From a virus: a stretch of DNA of 64,000 nt. Positions 28,226 through 37,578 of the stretch are shown here, one piece after another (the first letter of the stretch is position 1; every line of letters begins with the position of its first letter). The stretch is taken from positions 32,001 through 96,000 of IMG/VR virus record IMGVR_UViG_3300036834_000211. The stretch is one strand, 5' to 3'. The notes under the pieces are model-generated. The model worked only from the letters and a program-made list of their open reading frames with translations. It was not told where the DNA came from and made no database searches. Position numbers and translations under genes: made by a program.

Positions 28226-29937
28226 GGATCATCCTGCGCATCCTCGCCGCGTTCCTGGGTGCCGTCGCGGCTAGTCACTTGGCCCACTCGCAGCAGCAGG
28301 AGATAGAGGCGTACGTGTACGGCCAGTCCCAGGCGACTCAGCCGTACTCATCGGGTCTACTCATCCCGGCAATCCCCAACCCCAATCGATTCTCCCTGCT
28401 CAGCATTCCGGCGAATGCCTTCCTGTACACCAGTGGCGTGCCCAACGCTCCCTTCCTGAGCGGATCTGGTGGCGGCTTCCAGGGATTAACGGGATCTGCG
28501 GCGACGGCCCTACTCTCCCCCTGTACCTCGACGGTCCAAGGGGTCGTCCCCACCCCGCCGAACGATGCCACCAAGTTCCTAAATGGGAAGTGCTCGTTCG
28601 CTTCCTCCGGCTCCGTAAGTCCGGACGTCATGGGCGCCCCGCACAACGGGACGTCCGACGACTCGTCAGGCTTCAGCGCAGCGCTGGCGACCGGTATTCC
28701 GGTTCAGATGGTGTGCAACGGTACTCCCTACAAGCTGACGAGTAACGTCATCATAGCCACCCCGGCGCACCTGATGGGCTGCGGGACGATCCTGGGGTCC
28801 CCGATCAATCTATCCGGTGCGTCCGCGGGAATAACCATAACGTCGAGCGGAGTGATCGTCGAGAACGTCCACGAGGTCGGCGATCGCACTACTGGGCAAG
28901 TCGGCATAAAACTGACCGGCGGCAGCCGAGACCTCGTCCGCAATGTCCAAGTCGAGTTGGCCGACATCTGCTTCCAGCAGGGCGTGGGGGCCGGAGTAAT
29001 CAACAACTGGGAGCACATCTATGGCAGGAACTGCAAGAGCATCTTCGCGACCTTCCAGGACGGTATAGGACCGATCATCGACGAGGCACTTTACGACACC
29101 GACGTGGGCTCATACGCGGATCCCCAGGGTATAGTAGTCGAGACGGAGGGTGTATTCATGACCAGGGCCGACATCCTGGACACCACGTACCCGCTCATAA
29201 TACAGTGCAACGGGGCTCACCACGCGAACGGTCCGATATGGGGGGAGTACGGGCTCAACTTCTTCGACATCTCACAGCAAGGGGTCTTGATCACCAACCA
29301 GTCCGGTGGGGGATGTTCCGTGAGGGGAGAGCACTTCCACGGGACGTGGTTTGCCACCTCCACGAACAATGGTCTGACTGTCACTACCGACTCGCTGAGC
29401 AGCATCCAGACCGTGCTGTGCGACGGGTGCCAGATTCACAATAATGGGGCCCATGGCGTCAGTCTATCGGGTAACTCCAACGACATCATCTTCAACGGCT
29501 CCATAATCTCCGGGAACGGGAGCGCGAGCGGCAGCGCCTACGACAACGTCAAGATAGCCACCACCGCCCCGCTGGACACCATCGTGTTCAACGGTGGTAT
29601 AATTGGTAGGGCGGAGGGCGAGACCGCGCTTCCCAAGTACAACTTGGAGATAACGACTCCGTCGTACGTCCGGATAACCGGGACGTACTTCGATGTGGGT
29701 GGGGTGACAACCGCGAACATCGTGAACCCCGGAGGTGCCAACATACAGACGGACGGTCTCTCCGGATTCGAGACTACGGCATCGACGCTCGGTCCCTGCA
29801 CAACTGGCAACGCCGGGAACAGGACGTCGATATCCGACGCGACGTCGGGGACGTTCGGAGCCCCCGTGGGAAGTGGGGGCTCCCACCACGTACTGGCATA
29901 CTGCGACGTATCGGTATCTGGTTGGGTAGTCCATTAG
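28222..29937 (+). CDS. Signal-peptide tailspike/pectate-lyase-like beta-helix protein
   Basis: Hydrophobic leader; 'GA..NG..DDS..F..A' pectate_lyase_3-type start; parallel beta-helix repeats. Confidence 0.7.
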   Translation: MRIILRILAAFLGAVAASHLAHSQQQEIEAYVYGQSQATQPYSSGLLIPAIPNPNRFSLLSIPANAFLYTSGVPNAPFLSGSGGGFQGLTGSAATALLSPCTSTVQGVVPTPPNDATKFLNGKCSFASSGSVSPDVMGAPHNGTSDDSSGFSAALATGIPVQMVCNGTPYKLTSNVIIATPAHLMGCGTILGSPINLSGASAGITITSSGVIVENVHEVGDRTTGQVGIKLTGGSRDLVRNVQVELADICFQQGVGAGVINNWEHIYGRNCKSIFATFQDGIGPIIDEALYDTDVGSYADPQGIVVETEGVFMTRADILDTTYPLIIQCNGAHHANGPIWGEYGLNFFDISQQGVLITNQSGGGCSVRGEHFHGTWFATSTNNGLTVTTDSLSSIQTVLCDGCQIHNNGAHGVSLSGNSNDIIFNGSIISGNGSASGSAYDNVKIATTAPLDTIVFNGGIIGRAEGETALPKYNLEITTPSYVRITGTYFDVGGVTTANIVNPGGANIQTDGLSGFETTASTLGPCTTGNAGNRTSISDATSGTFGAPVGSGGSHHVLAYCDVSVSGWVVH

Positions 29938-29948
29938 TCGTGGCTTTC

Positions 29949-31229
29949 ATGGTTAGACTCCTCAAGTACTTCTGCACCATTGTCGTACTCGCCACTGCCA
30001 CACAGGTGCAGGCTCAGACTATTAAGACGCAGTCGGCGCTGATAACCGAGTGGCAGCCCTGCTCTGTGCTCGGTCAGCCAAGCGCGTGCCACGGCAGCTC
30101 GACGCAGATTCAGGACATCATTCAGTCGGTGGCTCCCTGGGCGTGGACGCTCAGTCCGAGCGGGCCGATCCCGTCGGCTCTGCTCTCCCCCTGCACTACG
30201 ACGGTCCAGGGGGCCGTACCAGCGCCGCCGAACGATGCCACCAAGTACCTCAACGGACAGTGTCAGTGGTCGGGGTTGGCGATTGAAGCTCCTAACTACA
30301 CGAATCCGTCTGGAGGATTGAATGGAGGATTTCGGGTTGAAAATATCGCTACTCTAGCACCGAGTAACCCTGGGGTAAACAATGCGATTAGCATCTCGGC
30401 GTTCATCGATAATCTGAATGGCCGTGGGTCGGGGGGTACATTGGCAAACCCTCAGCTCATCGAAGCGATAAATCCGCTCTGCAATCAGTTCGCTGTCGCC
30501 CAAGGAGGGTCGGTATCGGACGTACAGTGCGTCGAGAGTGATGTACTTCAGAGCTTCGCGCCAACTAATGTCGATGAGCCGTTCAATGCGAACTCTCCGA
30601 CAGTTTTTGCCTACTCGGCGACCGCCGAACGCAATACTACAGGAGCGACGCCACAGCGGCCAAATGGCGCCTACATGGTGGTATCGGCCAACACTGCGAA
30701 CACCAACGATTGGTTTGCTTATGGACTTGTCCTCAGCCGAGTACAATATGAAGGGATTAGGATCGAGGATTTCCCACTCGACACGCTCCACGGCTTCACT
30801 CATGCAGCCATCTCCGATTATAGCAACTCTGCGCGAGTGCTGAATATTAAGGGCACGCACGCGACTGCCATTGTCGACATGAGTGGGGAGGTTGGCATAC
30901 CAAATTTCATCCTAGGACCCTCTAGCGTAAGTGCGAATTTCGTGGTGGCGAATAGCGCAAATTTTAACACCGAGTGGAGTGTGGACTCCGGTGGTACCGC
31001 CGCGGAGTTCTCAATAATGGGATGGCGCGACCGCGGCGCAGAAGAGTATCAAATACTGAAGAACGCGTCCAACAACTTGCAATTTGTCGACTTTGTCCAC
31101 ACTGTGACGTTTATGAATTATGTACAATCGACGCAAGTATTGGAGATATCCCACATCCCCACCTCGTGCTCCGGACACCCGTCTGGGACTGAGTGGAATA
31201 ATGCTGGAGTGGTGAATATCTGTCCATGA
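29949..31229 (+). CDS. Signal-peptide fibre/spike-like protein
   Basis: Leader ending QVQA; shares the 'ALLSPCT.TVQG.VP.PPNDATK.LNG.C' module with the previous gene. Confidence 0.6.
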   Translation: MVRLLKYFCTIVVLATATQVQAQTIKTQSALITEWQPCSVLGQPSACHGSSTQIQDIIQSVAPWAWTLSPSGPIPSALLSPCTTTVQGAVPAPPNDATKYLNGQCQWSGLAIEAPNYTNPSGGLNGGFRVENIATLAPSNPGVNNAISISAFIDNLNGRGSGGTLANPQLIEAINPLCNQFAVAQGGSVSDVQCVESDVLQSFAPTNVDEPFNANSPTVFAYSATAERNTTGATPQRPNGAYMVVSANTANTNDWFAYGLVLSRVQYEGIRIEDFPLDTLHGFTHAAISDYSNSARVLNIKGTHATAIVDMSGEVGIPNFILGPSSVSANFVVANSANFNTEWSVDSGGTAAEFSIMGWRDRGAEEYQILKNASNNLQFVDFVHTVTFMNYVQSTQVLEISHIPTSCSGHPSGTEWNNAGVVNICP

Positions 31230-32662
31230 GCGACGGCTTCGTCACCGCCGTCCCCCAGCCGACCTTCGGTCCGAGGGGGGTCGTCCTCCCGACCGAAGAC
31301 GCGGCGCTCGCCGGCGTCCAGGTCGACATCAATGCTGCACTCGGCGGGGGCATCAACCCGCAGCTGACGAATCCGACGGGACAGATTGCGGTCACCGAGA
31401 CCGCGGTCATCGGCGACAGCTGGGCGCAGCTTGCGTGGTTCTTCTCTCAGATAGATCCGGCGCTCAACTCCGGTCGCGGTCAGGACGCGATCGGCCGCAT
31501 CTACTTCCAGGACCGGATCTCGGCGCAGCCGACCGTCCAGCCGTGCACCTGCGTCGGCCTTAACACCACGCCGATCGGCGTCGGCTCCCAGGCGCGGGAT
31601 CCCAACACGGGCCTGATCTGGCTCTGTACGCAGGCCGGCGAGATCGGGGTGTCCGGATCGGTCACGCTGGAGTTCTCCTGCGGGACGAGCGGCCCGATCG
31701 CCGCCCCGGCGAGCTTGAACATCTACCAGCAGATCTACGGGTGGGAGAGCGTCACACCGAGTGGACCGGCAGTGCTCGGGAACCTCGTCGAAACCCCCAC
31801 CCAGTACGAGCTCAGGCGGCAGCTCTCGGTCGCAGCCAACGCCATTCAGATACTTGACGCGATTCAGGGGACGGTGCTCGCGCTCCCCGGCGTCCTCGAC
31901 TGCTACTGCCTCGAGAACAATCTGCCCACGGTTGCGGTCGTCGGGGGTGTCACGATCGGACCAAACTCGATCTACGTCGCCGTCCTGGGTGGGAGTCAGA
32001 CGGCCATCGCCGCCGCAATTTACTCGAAGAAGGGACCGGGCTGCGGCTACAACGGCAATACCTTCACGACGGTCCCGGACCCAAATCCCGCCTACAACGC
32101 GCCGCCACCGCAGTACAGCGTTGGGTACACGGTTCCGACGATCGTTGCGTTCGTCGTACTCGTCACCCTGAGCAACAACCCGGGCGTACCGTCGAACGCG
32201 CTGGCGCTGATCCAGCAGTCAATCATCAACGCCTTCAACGGTCTTGACAACGGGCCTCGCGCTAAGATAGGCTCGCGCGTGCTCGCCAGTCGGTACTACG
32301 GTGGCGTGGCGTCCCTCGGGTCGTGGGCTCAGATCGTCGGCATCGACCTCGGCGTGCTCGGCAACGGGGCCTCATTCACCGGGTCGATATCCGGCACCAC
32401 CCTGACGGTGTCGACGGTCGCTGGCGGGACCCTGGCAGCCGGCCAGATCATCCAGGACGCTGGGGTCGTGTCGATGGGGACGTTGATCCAGTCTCAGTTG
32501 CCCGGTGGCACGCCGGGGGGCGTGGGGACGTACCAGGTTAGCATATCTCAGACCGTGACCCCCGAGTTGATGACGACGACCACCCTCGTGGACTCCACGA
32601 CGATGAACATCAACCAGGTCCCGGCCGTGTCCGCTCTAAACATAAATTTAATATTGGTATAA
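31226..32662 (+). CDS. Baseplate J-like wedge protein
   Basis: 'T.VP..TF...G...P.E...L.GV..D.NAA.GG', 'DP....GR.QDAIGRIYF..R', 'G...ET...YE.RR..SV'. Confidence 0.9.
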   Translation: MSDGFVTAVPQPTFGPRGVVLPTEDAALAGVQVDINAALGGGINPQLTNPTGQIAVTETAVIGDSWAQLAWFFSQIDPALNSGRGQDAIGRIYFQDRISAQPTVQPCTCVGLNTTPIGVGSQARDPNTGLIWLCTQAGEIGVSGSVTLEFSCGTSGPIAAPASLNIYQQIYGWESVTPSGPAVLGNLVETPTQYELRRQLSVAANAIQILDAIQGTVLALPGVLDCYCLENNLPTVAVVGGVTIGPNSIYVAVLGGSQTAIAAAIYSKKGPGCGYNGNTFTTVPDPNPAYNAPPPQYSVGYTVPTIVAFVVLVTLSNNPGVPSNALALIQQSIINAFNGLDNGPRAKIGSRVLASRYYGGVASLGSWAQIVGIDLGVLGNGASFTGSISGTTLTVSTVAGGTLAAGQIIQDAGVVSMGTLIQSQLPGGTPGGVGTYQVSISQTVTPELMTTTTLVDSTTMNINQVPAVSALNINLILV

Positions 32663-32663
32663 T
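32655..32663 (+). promoter_or_regulatory. Possible extended -10 promoter (TGnTATAAT)
   Basis: tggtataat in an AT-rich patch before the inserted ORF at 32694. Confidence 0.4.
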
Positions 32664-32693
32664 TATACGAAGAATGATAGATAGGAAAGTGGA

Positions 32694-33029
32694 ATGTCCA
32701 AGCTGTCAGAAGTAATATTGAAATCCGGTCAACTGCGCACCTACCTGAGTGAGGAAGAGCGAGCCATCCTGGGACTATACGGTGCGGCCTACAAGGTGGT
32801 ATTCGAGCGATTGAATCCAGACGGCTGCGGTACGGCCGAGTGGCCCGCGCTCTGTTCGACGGCGGAGGTCCTCCGCAAGTGGGCCGAGACCCAGGAGCCG
32901 CAGCTCCGCGAGGTCTACGAGCGGGCGATCGACGACAACGTGGAGCGTGCCCTCGGGCGGGTAGAGAACATGCGCCGGGCATTCCGCATGAACGAGGTCT
33001 ATCCAGACCTCCCAAAACCTCCAGTATGA
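32694..33029 (+). CDS. Hypothetical protein inserted between baseplate genes
   Basis: ORF with its own AT-rich upstream region. Confidence 0.5.
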   Translation: MSKLSEVILKSGQLRTYLSEEERAILGLYGAAYKVVFERLNPDGCGTAEWPALCSTAEVLRKWAETQEPQLREVYERAIDDNVERALGRVENMRRAFRMNEVYPDLPKPPV

Positions 33030-33194
33030 GGCGATGAACGAATCCACTTGGAATAGGACGATCGCGCAGCGCGCGCTGTCTATGGGTCGCAGTGCGAGCC
33101 GTCACATTAGTTGGCATGATGGCTTCGTAGTTGGCGTGTGGACGGGAGCTCTAGGAGTAGCGATTTTTATCGTTATCGCCAAGTTGCTTCTTGG

Positions 33195-33878
33195 ATGAAG
33201 AACTGGCGGCAGACGGTCCAGTCGGAGTACGCCAGTAGCCCGCGCCTGATGTCGCTGCTGACCGCGATCGAGGCGTGGCTGTCGCCGGACGCCAACTACG
33301 AGAACTTCTACCAGCTAGTCTGGAACGTCGACCAGGCCGCCGCAAACGACTCCACCTACGGCCTCGACGTGTGGGGTAGGATCGTCAACATTCCCAGGAC
33401 CGTGACGATCGCCGGCGGTGCCCCGACGTTCGGCTTCGGCGAGGCCGGCGACAGGGTCGGCTTTGGTCAGGGCCCGTTCTACGAGGCGTCCATCGGGGTC
33501 ACCGAGAACTTCGTGCTCGCCAACTCGGTCTACTACCAGCTCATCCTGGCGAAGGCAGCGTACAACATTACGAACGGTTCGACGCAGGCGATAAACGCCC
33601 TATTGATGAACCTGTTCGTCGCCCGCGGTAACTGCTGGGTGACCGACGGTCGCAACGTCCCTGGATCAACGTCGTTCGGCTTCGGCGAGGCTGGCGACCG
33701 GGTGGGCTTCGGCCAGGGGCCGTTCGGAGATCTGATCTACTCCACGCTGCCGGAAAACATGACGCTGACCTACGTGTTCACATTCCCGCTCGCGCCGTTC
33801 GAGAAGGCAATCGTCACATCTGGCGTTCTGCCCAAGCCAACCGGCGTGCTGGCAACCTGGGCATTCCTCGGGGGTTAG
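33195..33878 (+). CDS. Baseplate wedge protein (DUF2612 family)
   Basis: 'T..S.YA.SP.L', 'GLDVWGRIV.I.R', duplicated 'FGFGEAGDRVGFGQGPF', 'LPKPTGV'. Confidence 0.85.
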   Translation: MKNWRQTVQSEYASSPRLMSLLTAIEAWLSPDANYENFYQLVWNVDQAAANDSTYGLDVWGRIVNIPRTVTIAGGAPTFGFGEAGDRVGFGQGPFYEASIGVTENFVLANSVYYQLILAKAAYNITNGSTQAINALLMNLFVARGNCWVTDGRNVPGSTSFGFGEAGDRVGFGQGPFGDLIYSTLPENMTLTYVFTFPLAPFEKAIVTSGVLPKPTGVLATWAFLGG

Positions 33879-33884
33879 ACAAAA

Positions 33885-34586
33885 GTGCAGCTCAGCCAAA
33901 TCCCGACCAAGTTCCCGGCCGTCTGGGCACACGGCGCCGTCGCTCCGTACATCAACACGATCCCGGCGCCCTCCCAGCAGAGCGTCAGGAGCGGCGCGGC
34001 GAGTCTCTTCGACGGCTTCCCGCCGTTGTGCTTCGTGCCGATCGCGACCGGTGGTGCCGGGCCGTTTGGTGGGGATACCAACGGCATCCTCAACCAGATA
34101 ACCGGTGGCCTGCAGTGGCAGCAGGCCGGAGCCCCGTTCACATTCGACCCCGCGTGGGCCGCAGCTGTCGGTGGGTACCCGCTGGGCTCGCTGATCCCGT
34201 CGGACTCGACCCCTGGGCAGTTTTGGTACAGCACGGTCGACAACAACTCGGCCGACCCGGACACGGGCGGTGCCAACTGGCTGTCGTTCGCGATGCTGCT
34301 GGGCGGTACGACGAACGCACAGATCATCCAGACGGGACGCTCCCCCGCGATCAACCTGTCGGGTGGGGTCGGGCAGGTCACGACTCCATTCCCGAACGCC
34401 TTTCCTCACGCCTGCCTCGGAGTGATCGGCTGGGCCGATGGTATTGACCCGTTCGTAGTGGGTTCCGCGGTGGTCTTCGCAGGCAACACCTACACAGCCT
34501 CCAACTTCAACCTACTGGCGGCTACCCCAGCACAGCCCACCAGTACTGCGACGGTGCACGCCATCTTCGTAGCGGTAGGATACTAA
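33885..34586 (+). CDS. Short tail fibre (baseplate-anchoring N-terminus plus small C-terminal domain)
   Basis: 'AS..DGFPPL...PIA.GG..P.G.D.NGIL', 'GGYP.G', 'W.ST.DNN...PD'; 'FPNAFP.AC' C-domain. Confidence 0.8.
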   Translation: MQLSQIPTKFPAVWAHGAVAPYINTIPAPSQQSVRSGAASLFDGFPPLCFVPIATGGAGPFGGDTNGILNQITGGLQWQQAGAPFTFDPAWAAAVGGYPLGSLIPSDSTPGQFWYSTVDNNSADPDTGGANWLSFAMLLGGTTNAQIIQTGRSPAINLSGGVGQVTTPFPNAFPHACLGVIGWADGIDPFVVGSAVVFAGNTYTASNFNLLAATPAQPTSTATVHAIFVAVGY

Positions 34587-34588
34587 CG

Positions 34589-35125
34589 ATGACCCAGTAC
34601 GCGTACTTCGACCCGACCAAGCCCGACCCCAAGCCGGTACTCGGCTGGTACGACACGACGTGGGCACACTACCCGAACCTACCCGACGCGTCGAACCTCC
34701 TGGGGATGTCTCAGCAACAGTGGGCGGCGCGCCTGGGGGGCCTCTGGGCGGTGCAGGGTGGTACGCTCGTCCCCTACTCCCCACCGGTGCCGGCTCCATC
34801 ACTCGCGCAGCAGGCGGCGACGATGCTGGCCGGTGGCCTGATGGTATCTAGCTCGGGCGACGGTGCCCTCAACGCGACCTATCCCTGCGACTCACTCACT
34901 CAGCAGCACGTGTCCGCCGAGATCGTCAGCCTACTGCTGAACGGAACGTTCACTGACGGTGCGACGACGATCTCCTGGCTCGACGCAGCGGGGAATGCCC
35001 ACGCGCTCTCGATCGATCAGTACAAGTCCTTGGCGACCGCGCTTGCGGCGTTCGTGACGAGCTGCGTGAGGTGTATCAGCGGCCAGTCGACGACCCTCCC
35101 CTCGAACCAGGCGACGATCCAGTGA
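34589..35125 (+). CDS. Tail fibre assembly protein (DUF4376-like)
   Basis: 'YAYFD.....P.PV.GWYDT', 'W.D..G..H.......L'; follows the fibre gene. Confidence 0.7.
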   Translation: MTQYAYFDPTKPDPKPVLGWYDTTWAHYPNLPDASNLLGMSQQQWAARLGGLWAVQGGTLVPYSPPVPAPSLAQQAATMLAGGLMVSSSGDGALNATYPCDSLTQQHVSAEIVSLLLNGTFTDGATTISWLDAAGNAHALSIDQYKSLATALAAFVTSCVRCISGQSTTLPSNQATIQ

Positions 35126-36033
35126 CGATCGTCCTGCGCGATCCAGCCGGGGAGGACGCCAGCTTCGCGATCAACGCGGCGCTCCAGCAGGCTGCCGTGC
35201 TCGGCGGCAGCGAGGTCGTACTCTCGGCGGGGCGCTATCTGGTGCCGGCGACGTCCAGCATCAGGTGGCCGGCGAACGCCAACGGCGTTAGCCTGATCGG
35301 CGAGGGCCCTCTGGCCTCGGTGATCCAGGCCAAGGGAGGCAGGTACTCCGACCTGCTCGACCTGACCACCGGGAACCTGGCCCACGTCAGGATTGCGGGG
35401 GTCGGGATCTCGGCCCTCGGCGTCATCGGCTCCGGGGCGATGATCCACGCGGCCAACTGCTACGACCTGCTGATCGACCGCGTGCGGCTGGACGGGCCGT
35501 TTAATGACGGCATCGTGATCGACGGCGGACAGAACCAGTACCTCACTACGATCACTTGCGTCACGATGCCGGGGGACCCTCGCTCCTACCGCTGCCTGGT
35601 CATCGGAGAGAGCGGATACCCGCAGGATACGTACATCAACCTGTGCAAGTTCGCCGCGACTCAGTACGGGATATGGGTGCAGAACGCCGGAGGCGTCTAC
35701 CCGTCCTCAACGGAGACTCTCGGCCACGTCCAGCACGGGTTCATCACCTACCCCGGCGGCGGGCAAAATGTCGACTGGGTCCAGGCGACCCAACTCCTCG
35801 CCGACTCGTGCGGGGGAACTGGGATCTACCTCGGATCGGGCGGGGGAGCCGTCCGCGGCGTCTCGCTCTCGAACTCGTGGTCGTCGTCCAACACCAACGG
35901 GGTCGAGATTGCACCGGAGTGCGACGACGTCTGCTTCGACGCCACGACCCGCTTCCTCGCTAACCGCAACCGGTCGGTGATCGACTACGGCGGGACCAAC
36001 GTCAGGATCTCGGCCTGGATGGACAGGCCCTAG
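35122..36033 (+). CDS. Pectin-lyase-fold (beta-helix) depolymerase-like protein
   Basis: 'D...AINAAL......GG..V.L..G.Y', 'V.L.GEG...S.I'. Confidence 0.7.
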   Translation: MTIVLRDPAGEDASFAINAALQQAAVLGGSEVVLSAGRYLVPATSSIRWPANANGVSLIGEGPLASVIQAKGGRYSDLLDLTTGNLAHVRIAGVGISALGVIGSGAMIHAANCYDLLIDRVRLDGPFNDGIVIDGGQNQYLTTITCVTMPGDPRSYRCLVIGESGYPQDTYINLCKFAATQYGIWVQNAGGVYPSSTETLGHVQHGFITYPGGGQNVDWVQATQLLADSCGGTGIYLGSGGGAVRGVSLSNSWSSSNTNGVEIAPECDDVCFDATTRFLANRNRSVIDYGGTNVRISAWMDRP

Positions 36034-36356
36034 TGGACCGGATTACCACCATTCGGTTGAGAAGGCTGGGATGGTGGTGGCTGAGACTGGCCGTTAGCTA
36101 GCTCGGCCTGCTGCTTGTTGATGCCATCGACGTATTCTTTAATCCACTTGTCCTTCGCCGTGACTTGCTCCTGTAGCACCGCCAGTTGGCCCTCGGTCTG
36201 CCCCAGCTTGAACAGTAGCTGGGCGGTGCCTATGTGCTGCTGCGCCTCCGCTGAAAGCGTACTCTGCTGAAGCGTGACCTCCGGGGCGGTCTGGGCATTG
36301 GCCGACCACGCGATGAGCGTGCCGACGCCGGCTGCTAGGATCCTGTCGCGCATCAT
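36030..36356 (-). CDS. Signal-peptide coiled-coil protein
   Basis: Leader ending SANA; RBS GAGGAG; Gln-rich helix. Confidence 0.65.
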   Translation of the reverse strand: MMRDRILAAGVGTLIAWSANAQTAPEVTLQQSTLSAEAQQHIGTAQLLFKLGQTEGQLAVLQEQVTAKDKWIKEYVDGINKQQAELANGQSQPPPSQPSQPNGGNPVH

Positions 36357-36388
36357 TTCAAACTCCTCCTCACTTCCTGATGTAAAAT

Positions 36389-36415
36389 GAGCCCCTGCCT
36401 CGGGGCTCTTTTTTT
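36389..36415 (+). terminator. Rho-independent terminator ending the structural region
   Basis: gagcccc-tgcctc-ggggctc followed by T7. Confidence 0.85.
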
Positions 36416-36429
36416 GACATACCCAAGCA

Positions 36430-36921
36430 TTATACCGCCATTGACATCAACATCTCGGTCACGGCTGAGAAGGCCACGTTGACTCTCCCTTGCGACAATC
36501 CCAATCTCTTCCGAAAGTAGGCTCGGGCCTTGTGGGCAGTCAGGTCCATCGCCGCCACGTCGTTGAGTACCAAATCCACCATCACGCGCGCGTCCTCAGG
36601 CAGGTCGCGGATCAGCTCGGTCAGGAGCAGATTTCGATCTGGTGCTGGCATCGACCGATCTGGCATCCCCTCGTCGAGTTCGTGTGTAATGGGATGTACG
36701 CGCTTGTGCCGGTCGGTTATCCCACACAGGTGACGATAGACGCAGTATGTGGCAAACGTGTTGAATGACGACTTGCGCGGGTCGTACTCGACGTTACCGA
36801 GGACGCCCTGCTCGGCATTCCAGCGGGCTATCCGAGCCTCCTGCAGCAGGTCGTCGAGGTCCATACCGCTCGTGGTGGAAAACGAGTAGGCGTACTTGAG
36901 TACCGCCGGGTGGTCTTTCAT
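36430..36921 (-). CDS. Sigma-70-family (ECF-sized) RNA polymerase sigma factor-like protein
   Basis: Region-2-like 'D.DDLLQEA.I..W.A....YDP.K.SF.TFA...V...L'; region-4-like C-terminus. Confidence 0.75.
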   Translation of the reverse strand: MKDHPAVLKYAYSFSTTSGMDLDDLLQEARIARWNAEQGVLGNVEYDPRKSSFNTFATYCVYRHLCGITDRHKRVHPITHELDEGMPDRSMPAPDRNLLLTELIRDLPEDARVMVDLVLNDVAAMDLTAHKARAYFRKRLGLSQGRVNVAFSAVTEMLMSMAV

Positions 36922-37106
36922 TGAGATGCTCCAGAAGGCTCGGAGAATAACCATAGCGCCCACCCGCTGACGGCAATTATGCCACCGGCCTGGAATGTAG
37001 TGGGATCGTACTCGCACGCAGCTAGAGCAGCTAGGACAGCACCTCCGCCCGACAATGCGAATAGGGCTGTCCACGCCCACCACGGACGCCTCTGTGGCTT
37101 TGTCAT
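36918..37106 (-). CDS. Small membrane protein
   Basis: Two hydrophobic segments; coupled to neighbours. Confidence 0.55.
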   Translation of the reverse strand: MTKPQRRPWWAWTALFALSGGGAVLAALAACEYDPTTFQAGGIIAVSGWALWLFSEPSGASQ

Positions 37107-37282
37107 ATCTTTACACTCCTGATCTCAGCCTCTTTGGGGATGTGCTCGAAGCGGACCGAGCGCTTGGCGACCGATAGGGCAATCTCCTCGGTCGTTGCCA
37201 TCGTCTTGACGACCGTGGTGCGGGATAGGCTGGAGCCCGGCAGGCCCCACGTCACCTTGACGTCGAAGTTCTTGGAGGTCAT
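37103..37282 (-). CDS. Small hypothetical protein
   Basis: ATGA-coupled chain of minus-strand ORFs. Confidence 0.55.
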   Translation of the reverse strand: MTSKNFDVKVTWGLPGSSLSRTTVVKTMATTEEIALSVAKRSVRFEHIPKEAEIRSVKI

Positions 37283-37578
37283 TGATTCAGCCTCACACGA
37301 CGTCTGAGACGCTTGAACCGTGGCAGTTTGGCACACTCGTCGCAGAGGTGCCAGTTCTCAACACGTCCAACGGACCACATCGCCGGTCGAGCACATCCCC
37401 ATCTCTGGTTCGTCGACTTCTGCTCAGTTGCGGGTTCGTCCCTGAGTGGATTCCACTCACAGTCTTCGATCCTCGTCTGCGTTCCCCTAATCGCAGCGGA
37501 GTCTCGTCTCCACTGTAAGGCAAGATCCTTTTCTGTCAATCTCGATGGTGGTGTGGATTTGTTTACAGTCTTCCTCAC
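37279..37578 (-). CDS. Hypothetical Cys-containing protein
   Basis: C...C...'HLCDEC'; RBS GGAGG. Confidence 0.55.
   Translation of the reverse strand: MRKTVNKSTPPSRLTEKDLALQWRRDSAAIRGTQTRIEDCEWNPLRDEPATEQKSTNQRWGCARPAMWSVGRVENWHLCDECAKLPRFKRLRRRVRLNQ

Noticed and set aside
33060-33175. Sixth copy of the dispersed element
   Set aside because: Only a loose gapped resemblance to the second block; the core motif is absent
33428-33725. 52-bp direct repeat in the DUF2612 gene as a DGR template/variable pair
   Set aside because: Differences are synonymous rather than adenine-specific, both copies are coding, and no reverse transcriptase is present
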